Assembly: GCA_044892505.1 (NCBI GenBank) | Contig: CM097883.1 | Location: forward strand, 403,439,577-403,498,000 | Direction of reading: 5' to 3' | Length of the DNA: 58,424 bases | Origin: Schmidtea nova | Lineage: Eukaryota | Shown: piece by piece, positions 23,660 to 36,128 of the stretch | Layout of the letters: each line of letters begins with the position of its first letter | How positions within the stretch are numbered: the stretch's first letter is position 1 | The notes under the pieces: generated by a model | What the model saw: only the letters and a program-made list of their open reading frames with translations | The model's database searches: none | What the model was told of the DNA's origin: nothing | Made by a program: the position numbers and the translations under genes

Positions 23660-25620
23660 GGTTGAACGCCGACTCGAGAAACGAACCCAAATATATTAAT
23701 AAAAATTTAGTGAGGGGTCTCTAAGAAAAGTAATAAGAAAAAACAAATTAATTAATCCCTTAATGGAAAACACGAGCTAATGAAAAGCCTGAGCAGTGTG
23801 GTAAACCGGGATGTGAAGAAAGCCGAGCCGTATGAAAAAGCCCGGGTATTCAAAATAATTAATGTCATTTTTAGTAAATCATCTAAATAGTCAGCCGGTG
23901 AAATTCCTCCGGAATTACCGAAATAATTGTCAAGCAGTGATTAAAATGTTTTGACAGCAACAGTATAAAAAGAGCTGTTGAAAGACCAGGCGCCCAAAAA
24001 CCTGCTAACAGAATCGGAGCGTATACTATTGATATACAACGAGCTAGAGGTTAGTAAAGTTAGAAGAGAAACAAATTTTTATGTAAAATATTAACTATGT
24101 TAATGTCCAAAAAAGGTGATTTCCCCTTGAGTAACCCGCCTTAAGTCAATAAACCTTGTTATTGAAAGAGGAGTGCAAATACAGTGAAAATTGTGATTTG
24201 TTTTTGAAAAGTCAATAAATTTATTCTGTGTTGGCTTTTTGTCAATTAATTAATAAGGAAAGGACATAGGAAGTCAGAGATTAACCGACCATTCCATTAT
24301 AATCCAACTTTTTGGTAAGCCCGGCGTGATTATAGTCGGTGAAACGAAAATAAATTGGTGAAAATTGAAATAGTAAAAACGAGATAAATTTTAGTGCTGA
24401 AAATAAAAAAAAATTGAAAAAAAATTGTGGTGATTGAAACAAAACAAAAATAAAAAATTGAAAGAGGATATTGACGATAATCAGTTCAAGATTAAAAAAA
24501 GGCAATATTAATAATTGTAATATTTGAAAATTTAGACGAGAAAGAGTTGTGCCAAAGAAAGTTTACAATCTGTGAAATAAGAAATATTTGGAAAATATGA
24601 TAAGCAATCCCAACAGTAATGATGAAATAGTAATGTCTATTATCTAGACAAACAATGGCAACGGCTTTGGGAGCTGTCAGAAACTGCAGTTGATCAAGAT
24701 GGAGGATATCCGGTTGAATTCATTGATTTCATGGAGAATTATTTAAAATACGCATAAGCTTACGGATGGAGTCAGACGATCATGGTACAGCGGTTACCAC
24801 TTCATTTAAAGAGAACAGTAAGAAATGCCTGGCAACAAATTGACAAAAGAAAATGATTTGAGAAGGCTGAAAGATGCATTGACAGCAAATTTGATCGAAG
24901 GTGACATTAAAAGAATAATACGTTAGAAATTCTACAATTGAATACAAAAGCCAGATGAGTCGGTAAGCGAATTTCCACATAATTTAACTACTCTTGCAGA
25001 AAAAGCTTTTGAAGTAAAAATTGGACAAGCTGAGGTTGTGAAACAAGTGAAAGAATTATTACAAGATCAATTTTTAACAGGAGTTAAATGAGATCAAGAA
25101 AGCATTACGCTTTGTTGACTACAATAATTTTGATGAATTGATCAAAAAGGCCATGAAAATTGAATTGAATTTAAAAACTACTCAGTAAAAAGCTGAATTC
25201 TTTGCAACTATAAGTGAAACAAGAAGAAAAATCAATAACTCCAATTCGAAATAACGAACTTCAAAAATCAACCAGCCCATCGCCGAAGCTCAGAGTGAAA
25301 TCTGAATCGAGAAAGTCAACAGAAGGTTTGAAAAATGAGAATGCAGTCATTGTCAAAGAATGGGACATAACATAAATAAATGTTGGTTTAAAAACGTTTT
25401 ATTAAAATGAACACCAATAGTCAGCGGGCTAATGACAACATACAGTGTTGCAATTGAAGAAGAAAAGGACATGTTTCACGAAATTGTTTAGCAAGATCAA
25501 GATCTCCATCAACGTCTCCATCACAGCAAAGAAGTAGAGTAAATCTCCGAAGTCAAATCCAATGCCACTCTTGGCACCTTTTTATTTTGCTTATTATAAA
25601 TTTGCACTATTCAGCCAGAA
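23660..25620 (+). mobile_element. Ty3/Gypsy 5' LTR, PBS and decayed gag
   Basis: LTR end near 24308, PBS tggtaagcccggcgtgat at 24312 (tRNA-Trp-like), retrotransposon gag motifs (YGWSQ..ESVSE), knuckle CSHCQRMGHNINKC. The LTR start is approximate. Confidence 0.8.
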
Positions 25621-25672
25621 ATGAGTTTGGTTGGTCGATGACAGGAAAGAGGTAAAGATAAATGTGTGTAAA

Positions 25673-26835
25673 TGTTGGGACAGCAAAACATCTAAATAGG
25701 CAAAAACATTTACGATTAATTAAAACAAAAAGTTAAAAAGTTAATTAAATTTAGTCCTAAAGGCCAACCAGAACTAAAAATAAATAAAGTAAAGCCTCAT
25801 AAAGGAAATAATAAATTACCAATTATAGGATTATACCCAAAACGTCAGGAACCACGGGATAAAGAAAATATAGAATGGAAAATATAGAAATAATAACAAA
25901 TTTAATAAATAAAAGTACTTTTTATTAAATAATTGACCAAAAAATTGGACCACCGAGGTAGGAATGGTAATCTGAAAATAAAATAAGATAAAATTAATTA
26001 AAATAATGAGATCTACTTTGAAGGGCGGCCGGATCCTGATTGGTCGGTTCAGCCAGAGTAAACAGTATATATACTGATCCAAATCTCGTATAAGAGCAAT
26101 TTTTTTAAACTGTTCACACTGTGAAATTGTCGACTCAACATACATTTTACAAACATTAAACTATTCAAAACTATAAATTGAAGCTTTGCCGAAGAATTTC
26201 GAAGTAATTTTTTTCCGTTTGATTGCCTATGATTTCATCTATTATGATTGTAATGTTATTGTATATATGATTTTGTTATGATAATATGATTTTTACTATG
26301 AATTATTATATATTGTTTTATATATTTATATGATAATTCCTTAAAGATTTTTGAGCGCTACCTTAAGAGCTAAATGCTACGAGGGCGCAATCCGTGGTCG
26401 TGGAGCTCAGTAGTTACACGCCATGGTGAGTGAATTTAAATATATGATTTTAACAAATTTTAACTATCTGAGCGAACAGACGAAAATTCGTAGAGATTTG
26501 CACATGGGACAGTCAACATAGCGTTAGATCGTGCTATATAAAACATTCAAAATAGCGTCATGCATATTCCACACACAACACATTAGCACTGCAGTAGAGT
26601 GACACACGGGCAGTTGAATCGAATTGCAGCAGTTCGATAACTAGATCCTTCCAGTGGTATAATATTGATTGCACCACATAAATCGCGACTAGAACACTCA
26701 AAGGGCATCAAAGTGGCACAAATATCCAAATGACATCGTATTAATGCGACCGTAGAGTAACAACGAAAATGTCAGATCAGTTCAACATATAGACTAGCAA
26801 ATAGCGCAACACAGACAGACAGAGCGAGTTCTAAT
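25673..26835 (+). mobile_element. Family X 5' fragment (copy f)
   Basis: TGTTGGG start, promoter 26025-26075, leader hairpins 26357-26425, ATG|GTGAGT donor, cacatgggac intron motif. Confidence 0.8.
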
Positions 26836-26839
26836 TAAT

Positions 26840-28329
26840 CGGTAAACCACCTGTTGACCACCTGAATGATTTCGAATGGTGCTGGTTTTAGAGGGCTGAT
26901 CCGCACTCGGTTTCGTTTGAGTTGCCCGTTTTTCTATCCCCGCTGATTCTCTTTCCTTTTATATACTTTCGGTTTTCTCTTTAGTAGCTTCATATTTGAC
27001 ATTTTGTCTAGACAATGACACAAAAAAAATCATTTATTATTTTGGAAAACGTATTTGTGAAATATAATATTCTCTCTCCTCGCACATTGTATTTTATTAC
27101 ACGCTTTCCCTTTATGTACTGGGTCGAGTTTACGATGAGAAACTGTCGATCTAAGTTAGTAAAAAACATATATTACTGGTATCTGCTCTCTAACCTTTGA
27201 TTGTTCTAAATGAGCCTATTTGTTTGGAATTACTGTTGAAAATCTACAGTTTGTAGTTATTCTGCAGTGATATTACTTCGGTGCATGTTGGAAAAAGGTT
27301 TTCGTTCGAAAAACTTCGGGTACCTTCTAATAACGCATCTCATGTCTACTCTGGGTTAGGCTGTTTCAGTACTTAGAAAAATTCAGTAGAATTGTGCCTT
27401 CATCACAACACTTTTGTGTAATTTCTCGCCCCTTGATTTCATTGTCCCATGTGCAACTCTGAAAAAACTTTATTATATTTTAGACATTATTGACTTCTCT
27501 ACCGGGTGTAAGGCCTCTAAGCACCACGACGCGGACTTAGACCCTGGGAACATGTAGCTCCCATTTGGCGCCCTAATATCTATAGTTATAATATAGTGTA
27601 AAATCATCAAAATTCAACAAATTATAAAATATAATGATATAAAACATGATTACAATTATACGGCATAAATCATATAGCAATAAAATATTAATACACATAA
27701 ACCAAAGTACCTAAATTTGATCCGCAATTTTCGGTAAAAATTCTGTCTAAAATATGCTTGTCTGTTGTCCTGAAAATCAGTCTAAATCGAATCAAGTTCA
27801 AATTGAATTCACTCAAGTAAATGCAGTGCAATGGCATATAAGGCATGTTTTCAACTAAATTCTGATCAGTATATATAGTATATTGGTCAGTCTAGACCAG
27901 ACAGATCAGTATATATTATATACTGATCTGTCTGGTCTAGACTGACCAATCAAGTTTGGCCGCTTCCATGGTAGGTCTCATTATTATTTTGTTTTACCTA
28001 ATTAATTTTTATTTTTTCAGGTTGAACTCTCTCTAGGTGGTCCTAATTTTGGATCAATTATTCAATAAAAAGTACTTTTATTTTGTTTAATTTGTTTAAT
28101 ATTCTACATTTTATTTGGTTTTAGATTCCTTATTCAATGACAAATTTATGATTTCTCTTGGCCACTCTATTCCCTAATTTATAAATTTATCTATAATTTA
28201 TTTATAATTTATTTATAATTTATTTATGTCTTTTAAATCCAAAATTTAAATTTCTTAATCTACGTTTTTCTTTTTTGTTTTAATTATCACTAATTTTTTT
28301 CCTTTTTACTCTTTTTAGCTGGCCCAACA
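26840..28329 (-). mobile_element. Family X 5' fragment (copy g) with truncated ORF A (ATG 27002)
   Basis: TGTTGGG at 28329, promoter palindrome, hairpins 27503-27575, acceptor 27008-10, MSNMKLLKRK..LKPAPFEIIQ. Confidence 0.8.
27882..27950. repeat. Perfect 33-bp-arm palindrome duplicating the CCAAT-TATA promoter
   Basis: attggtcagtctagaccagacagatcagtatat-tat-atatactgatctgtctggtctagactgaccaat. Confidence 0.95.
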
Positions 28330-28803
28330 AACTTATAAAACCTAGTTAATTTCGGACCGGATTCAAAATGGTATCCGACAAAAATAAGAGATTTGAGAGA
28401 ATGGGGTAACTTTTAAAAGGGGAAAAACCAGAAATCGAGCCGGGGCAAAATTTATCGGGGCATTATAACGACTCTCTCATCTGATTTGATTTAGGATAGA
28501 CCCCAGAGGGACGTTCCCGTCACGTTTATGAAGGATATAAAGCATGAATTATATAAAGCATGTATTCAACTTATTACAACGGTAAATTTATCGGTGGCTT
28601 ATATTTTACTTAAATAATATAATATTATAATGTAGGAAAATGAGCACTATTAATTCTAATACAAGTATTGACTGAATTTTTATGAATTTGTTGAAACTTT
28701 ATCATCGCCGCTTCAAGAATTTTAGAGGTTTAATTTATTGTGCTGAATTACTAACAAAATGACTAAAAGAACTTGCATTTACTAAAACATTTATTGAATT
28801 AAA

Positions 28804-29328
28804 TTATTCGCTGGACATTTTTCCTCGATAGGAAAATATGGTCCGGATTTGCAGATTCATTTTGACTTCGGTGGGAAGGTTGGCAGTAGTTTTCAGCCGT
28901 TCTTTTTCGGCTTCCCGGAGTGGTCGGATTGCGACATTGAAGATGATCCCCAGCTCCTTGAATGTTGAGACAGGAATATAACCCCAATAAATTACGAAAT
29001 TCGGGAATCCGTTTTCGACCAGCATTAGGATAAACCACTCCGAGTGTCATCGTTCGAATTCTTCACCCGGAATTATGGGCCAGTTAGCACATCCTCGGTA
29101 CCATACGTGATGGCGTGGGTGATCCCACACGGTGAAGGGACATGCAGTATCTAATTCCCTCCTCCAGGCCCACATCTTCTGGTGAACCTACTGGATGATA
29201 TCGAAAGGAGCGGGCTTTAGACGACTGATCCGTACTATATTTCGCTTGAGCTGACCGTTTTTCCATCCCCACTGATTCTCTGGTTTGACTGCTCTCCGTT
29301 TTCTCTTTAGCACATTTACATTTGACAT
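28804..29328 (-). pseudogene. Family X ORF A with two in-frame stops
   Basis: LKPAPFDIIQ*VHQKMWAWRK..CPFTVW..YRGCANWP..ER*HSEWFILM..VIYWGYIP in one frame. Confidence 0.85.
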
Positions 29329-29600
29329 TTTTCCTGGACAAACACAAAAATTTTATCATTTATTATTTCAAATAATAGTCAGGTTAAATTTAATATTCTC
29401 TCTCCTCGCTCGTTGTAGTTTAACACGCTTATACCCTTGATGCTCTGGGTCGTTGTTATGATGAGGAAAACTGTCGAACTGAGATGGTAGAAACTTATAT
29501 CTTTACTTATGTCTAGTCTCCGATTTTTATTGTTTTAATTGCGCTTATTCGTTCGTCTATCACTGTTGCCAATTTACGGGGTGTAATTACTCTGTAGCGA

Positions 29601-29927
29601 TGTATGCAAAAAATGCTTTTGACCCAAAAAATTCATTCTCATGGCGCCTCTCATGTCTATACCGGGGTCGGCTGTCTCAATAATATAATTCTCTCACTTC
29701 AACTAATTCGTGTGATTTGCTGACCCTTAATTTCATCTGTCCCATGTGCGAACCTCTAAAAAATGTATGCAAAAAATGCTTTTGACCCAAAAAATTCATT
29801 CTCATGGCGTCTCTCATGTCTATACCGGGGTCGGCTGTCTCAATAATATAATTCTCTCACTTCAACTAATTCGTGTGATTTGCTGACCCTTAATTTCATC
29901 TGTCCCATGTGCGAACCTCTAAAAAAT
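29601..29927. repeat. 162-bp near-perfect tandem duplication in the family X intron
   Basis: Units start at 29601 and 29763. One visible substitution (gcgcctc / gcgtctc). Confidence 0.9.
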
Positions 29928-30771
29928 GTTATTATAGCTTAGATGTTACTAGTTTTCCTGAAAACTTTAATATATTTTAAACGTTTCCAACTCTCATACC
30001 GGGTGTGGAGCCTCTAAGCACCACGACGCGGATCTACACCCTGGGAACTTGTAGCTCCCATTTGGCGCAATAATTATATATGACACTGATTAAAATTATT
30101 AATATATAACATATAATTATTATAACAAAATTTACAGCAAAAATCATGAGCGACAGCATTAAAATAATAAAACCAAAGTACCTAATTCACAATTCTGGTT
30201 TCGAAATTCTAGATACGGTAATACTAGGTCCAACTATAGTCTAGTTTCAATTGATCGGCTGGATAGTTGTATTGAAAAAAATCAGTCAAGTTAGATTGAA
30301 TCAAAGTCTAGTCTAACTCAAGTCAAAATTTGTTCATGTTTTTAACTGAATTTCAATCGGTATTTATATCGATTTGGCTGGATCAGACTAACCAATCAGG
30401 TTTGATCGTCTCCACCGTAGGTCTCATTATTTATTTTATTTACCTAATTAATTTTTTGTTTTTCAGATTCAATACTCTCTAGGTGGTCCAGTTTTCCAAC
30501 CAATTTTCCAATTACAAGTACTTTTATTTTATTAAATTGTTAATTTTCTACATTTTATTTGTCTTAGGTACCTCTTATGACGGCTAATTTTAAGATCCAT
30601 CTAAAACTTCTCTATAATTTATTTATAATTAAATAGTAATTTATTTATCTTTTATTTATATTATCCTTTTTTTTTACATTTAACATTCGCATTTCTTAGC
30701 TTATATTTTTTCCTTTTGTTTTAATTGTTATTCATTTATTTTCCTTTTTTCTCTGTTTAGCTGGTCCAACA

Positions 30772-31875
30772 CTATGTACAGCTCTAACTTCGTTTAGCAG
30801 ATGTATTACTACAGTATCTTAATACCAATTTGTACATCTAATTCTCTCACGAATAAGAATGGCTTTGGTTGAACTCTGTTTTTACCAATATGCCAAACGA
30901 TGCCTATGTGAGAAAAATTTCATTCAACTTATGAAGCGAAAACTTCGTTACTATGTGGAATATTAATCACAATCCCTACAGCGGGTATAAACTGTTTTCT
31001 ACGGGATTCTAGTTTATTGCGTATAATATTGCTCCTATAAAATCAAAACTCGTGCAACATAATACCTCAACAGCCTATCACTATGTGCCTCAAACAACTG
31101 TGCAAAATGTCTCTATGTGCAACTCTAATCAACAAAACCAAAAAACTTTCTCACTCACCGTCTCGTGGCGCTGAAAAGTCCCACGACGATGGCTGGCTCC
31201 CTCGCAGCGCTAGTTACCGAGGAAACATATCTATTAAAAATCAATAAATGAAAATTTATATGGTTAAAATAATGCATAAATAGAATTCATTATATCATAA
31301 AAACAAAATCATGAGGAGGAATCAAAATATACTAATACAAAACAATGAATAACATTACTTTCACTTCCAATTGCCAAAGATTCAAATTTCTAATAAATCA
31401 GTAGGTGCTCAAAACAGTTGAATAGTTTCAAGTCACACAAATTTGAAAATATAAAAATTCTAAAGTTCTGATTTTTGGGTCGGTATTTATACTGATCTCG
31501 TTGGTCAGATTGACCAATCAGGATCAGGCTGCCTTCAAAGTATACTCATTATTTTTAATTAATTTATACCATATTTTATTTCAGCTCTAAATTTCTCTCC
31601 GGGTGGTCTCCATTTTTTAAAGTAATTATTCAATTAATTGCACATTTATTTGATAATTTTTAGGCAAATTTTGCTGTTTTTTAGTTTTAGATTTGTTGTT
31701 GGCCTGTTCCTCATTTATTCGAATTATTTTATACTTACAGGTTATTTATTATTACTTAATTATTTATTTTTATCCTTTTTCTTTAGGTTTTCCTGTTTCA
31801 ATAAAATTATTTTTATTATTTTGTTTTAATGATTGTTAAGTTTTTACATTTTTAAGTCTTATGGTGGGCCCAACA
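30772..31875 (-). mobile_element. Family X 5' fragment (copy i), interrupted by copy h
   Basis: TGTTGGG at 31875, promoter 31484-31518, hairpins 31159-31226, ACG|GTGAGT donor, cacatag repeats. Confidence 0.8.
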
Positions 31876-33129
31876 TTATTATATTAACAATAATAATAAT
31901 AATAATAAATAATATTAATAATATTAATAATAAATTTAAATAATATTAACATTAAATAATAATAACAATAATAAATAATAACAATAATACATAATTATAA
32001 TAATATTAATATCAATATCAATAATTCCCATAATAGACTATAGATCGAAATTTCTTTAAATATTGTGTATTTATTTAAAGAAATTTTGATCAATAGTCTT
32101 TTCATTGTGGGAATTATTAATATAAATATTAAAAAAAGATCAAATGTGAAACAAAAAGATAATTATAATAATAACAATAAATAATAATATTAATAAAATA
32201 ATGATATTANNNNNNNNNNNNNNNNNNNNNNNNNNNNNNNNNNNNNNNNNNNNNNNNNNNNNNNNNNNNNNNNNNNNNNNNNNNNNNNNNNNNNNNNNNN
32301 NNNNNNNNNNNNNNNNNNNNNNNNNNNNNNNNNNNNNNNNNNNNNNNNNNNNNNNNNNNNNNNNNNNNNNNNNNNNNNNNNNNNNNNNNNNNNNNNNNNN
32401 NNNNNNNNNNNNNNNNNNNNNNNNNNNNNNNNNNNNNNNNNNNNNNNNNNNNNNNNNNNNNNNNNNNNNNNNNNNNNNNNNNNNNNNNNNNNNNNNNNNN
32501 NNNNNNNNNNNNNNNNNNNNNNNNNNNNNNNNNAAATAATTATAACAATAGTAAAGATTGTTTATATTTATTTTAATAAAATGTTAAAAATAAAATATTT
32601 GTTCAAGGACAAAAGAAATACTGAATTATCAAAATAAAAATAATAAATAAATCAGAGGAATTTCTAGAAATCGGAATATCAATTGATGGATTAATCAATT
32701 ATTATCAGCCAATCAAAACAATTTGCAGCTAAGAGCATCCACGTGTGTAATAAACATTAAAAGCAATGATTGTCGCATACAAAAAGTGCCCAATTGAAGC
32801 ATTATTTAGTGAGGAAAGGTATTCTACGACCATTTATGCATTGAATCATTTTGATTTTACAATTGTTGACCTGCTTCATTTTTCTCTCAAAATATATAAT
32901 TTTATCTTTGATCAGCAGAGCAAGGTTATGGATTAACAACATACACTTCATGGGGAAATATCTCCTGAAAGATGCACCCCAGGAACACGGAGAGATGACA
33001 AGTGCAATAGGAGTTTATATTATCAACACAAGCTAACAATAACCGGACAATGCAATAATAAAATGGCGTCTCCTTTAATGGAAACAGTTTCAACCCGATT
33101 AAAATGGCAAATTTGCAAATATAATGAAT

Positions 33130-33250
33130 AATATGCAATCAAGGCCAATTGGAAATTACCTGACCGGGGGGGCATTCAATTCTCAATTTATTTCTTGGTC
33201 CGGATATCCATAGGAACGGCAAATTCCAATTGAGCATTTCACCTATTCAG
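33130..33250 (-). pseudogene. Decayed Ig-domain exon of the same gene family
   Basis: CRSYGYPDQEIN*ELNAPP versus CYTSDGYPDPEINWQLIEGPP (53700-53775). The Trp codon has become TGA. Confidence 0.6.
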
Positions 33251-34899
33251 AAGATATAATTGAAATTATTCATTTCCAAGTATAATTTACGTGGCCATAT
33301 TGAATGGAGACGTCCTTCGCCATTTAAAATTGTCATGTGAATATCATGTGGACACGGATTCATAGACGCTAACAGTACGCATTTGTCAATGGAGAGATCT
33401 GGAATATTGGTTATGCAGTAAATTGATATGAAAACAAATTCAAAACTCAATTTGTACCTATAAACCGTATCCGTGTCTTTCAAATTTGCAAATGAGATAA
33501 TAACCTATAGTCATTCCAATATATACAACTGATTACAGTTTCCAAAGTTCGTAAACCGCTTGGTAAATTCTGCATGATTTGTAATCCTTTCTGATAGTTT
33601 CACCTCATTCACAAAGGTTACAAAAGGTCAAACTTGTCTGACTCATTATAGTATGAAACTTGGCACAATCGAATTTCTGTGACATTTCCCACGAATTTTT
33701 AACTGATTTTTTTAAGCAAATTTCTACACACTTTTATTATTATTTTTGGTCTTCCTTACCTTGATTCGATTAATTTTGTTTTCGACTGTAATTACATTTT
33801 TGAACTTGATAAAATTGAAAGAATTACAATCAATAAAAACCGATTGGTTGAGAATTAAAAATTCATGAATGAAAAAATAAACAAAGTAAAGTCCACGAAA
33901 AAACTACGACCTTGTTTGCATGTATGTAATCGAGTATGCGTCCAATCAAATCGCAAATGTCTACAAAAAATTACAAGCTTTAGTTTCACTGAATAATCTC
34001 ATCCATAATGCATGCGAGTGTGACGCGGCCGAGGTTATTGCGACATTATTTTGTAATCATTATTAAAATTTTCATGCATTAGCCATTTTAAAATGGCTTC
34101 CAGGTAATTTAATTTATTAGGATAACTTTTAAGGCTTTTATTTTGATCTGATAATGATATGAGATCACTATAAAAGCTTTAATAAATTATCTGTGCTCTA
34201 CAATTTTACTTTTAATCACTTTGTAGGAAATTATGACTTAAAAAGAAAAATTATGATTTATCTGCAAATAAAGTAAATTAAAATCAATTTCTAATATTTA
34301 TTTCTATTGATTTTTTATTTTCTGAATTCCCAATAGTAAGTTGGCAAGGTACTTACTGTAGGGAGTTAAGGACTACATGATCACAAGCATTGGGGGGGAA
34401 GAGGTGGAGATAATAAACATATGGCTAATGAATAATAAAATAACAATAACTACATAAAAATATTAATTTGATCACATAACTACTTCCCCCTTTAAACCGG
34501 AGGTTAACATGATAAGTAAAAAATGAGTACAGCCGATCTACAATATACACCAAAGCGCATAAATTAAGGGCCAGACAGGCAAAATTTAAAGTTTCTATAA
34601 TAACAAATTATTTTATATATAGAAAAAATATACATACCTACTGCAGATTAGGACAAAGTAAAAAAGCACGGTCATAAATTACGGGCCTACACTATAGAAA
34701 ATAAGAAAAATTAATTAGGTCAAAAAAACACACTTACACAACACACAAAAAACCTATAATGAAAAATACAAACACATGGACATAATTTAAGGGACAGTCT
34801 TTAATTAAGGGATTTTAAAATTTTAAAAAATCATGATTTATGATGATATTTCAGAAACGTTTTTGGAATCAACTGTACCATTTATTGGAGAGGACTAAG

Positions 34900-35450
34900 A
34901 AGAAATGTAAACTTACAATTATATTAAAAAAATTTAAAAAAATATTTTTAGAAATGCAGAAAATGAAGCTATATTGCCTCAAACGGCCGAAACTGTAGAA
35001 AGAAAACATCGAAAAACGTAAAACAAATTTGAATTTTTAATTTTTAACTTAAAATTTTATAGATAATCTGAACATGACAAAAAATTATTAAAAGAAGTAA
35101 TGAAACGGCGTGAAAATTATGAAGAATTCGGCAGGTAAATAGGTTTTGAACCTAGGATTATTAAAGACATAGAGACGAGGTAGAAAAACTGGCATTCTTA
35201 CAGCAGGGAAAAGAGGCAAATAAAATGTTAGCCTAATAATTGAAGAAAATGGAATACAATGAATTAATTGTGGACCAAAATTATTGGATTACTTTGGAAG
35301 AAATTAAAAACTTCTTAAATACAATTAGCTACAACGTATACACAAAAACAATATCCAAATGTTTAAAAAATAAGCTGATAAAATTACAAAGACTTGGGAG
35401 ACATGTAAATAAGGAAATGTAATTTTATTACCGAATAAAAATTATAATTA
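34900..35450 (+). mobile_element. Possible Tc1/IS630-like transposase remnant
   Basis: ITLEEIKNFL..VYTKTISKCL resembles the transposase HTH region. Many stops. Confidence 0.3.
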
Positions 35451-35722
35451 CTTACCTCTTTCTGAATTTCATAAATATCTAAAAAATATCTATATGAAAT
35501 AAATAAGTATTTAACATAAAATATTAAATAAACTTAAAATATGTTAAAGTAATTTAAATACATAGATAAAAAATTTAATTAAAAAAAATAAGTAAAAAAT
35601 AAGTAATAATAAATACCAATTGACTGCAATAAGTGTCTTTATGGCCCTTAATTGCAGACTGTTGGTGTATTAACAAAAAATGTGTTGTGTGTTTCTTCTG
35701 TTTTGTGTTTGCTACAACGACG

Positions 35723-36128
35723 TGTTGGTGTTCTGGTGTGGACATCGGAAAATTTTTGAACGTGACCTGGGGATGGATGTCACTCACACCACAACATAAA
35801 TGTATATCTATCAAGTTCGCACACCCATGGTGATTCCCCGGATAACCATGTTGGAACTGTGTACGACGGTGAGAGGATGGAGGACAGGTGAGCCCCTTTA
35901 CAAAGACTACTCCCCCACGCTCCCTTCAACGGGTTCTGGCGGCCGTTAGAAGGTCTTACGCTTCTCATCTGTTTCTCTGTCTTGCACTACACTCTAGTTT
36001 TCGAAATTTAAATTATTATAAAAAACACGAATCATTTGTTTAATTATTATCTTAATTAAAATCTTCCATTTGCTTTTTACTTGAATACGAAATAAACACA
36101 AGTCGGAGAGAAAATACATTTATTATTC
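35723..36128 (-). mobile_element. Family X 3' fragment (copy j) with RNA motif R5
   Basis: Minus strand gcgtaagaccttctaacgg..gaacccgt..GAGT AGTCTTT-GTAA-AGGGGCT CACCTG..acac AGTTCCAA catggt/accatg g gtgt, ending accaaca at 35723. Confidence 0.85.

Larger units (their letters stand above)
28330..30771 (-). mobile_element. Family X copy h (promoter, leader, intron, ORF A pseudogene)
   Basis: TGTTGGA at 30771, promoter 30361-30396, hairpins 30000-30068, donor 29999, ORF A 29328-28804. Confidence 0.8.

Noticed and set aside
23822-23850. gagccgtatg resembling a group II intron domain V
   Set aside because: The complementary half is absent, and it lies within a Gypsy LTR.
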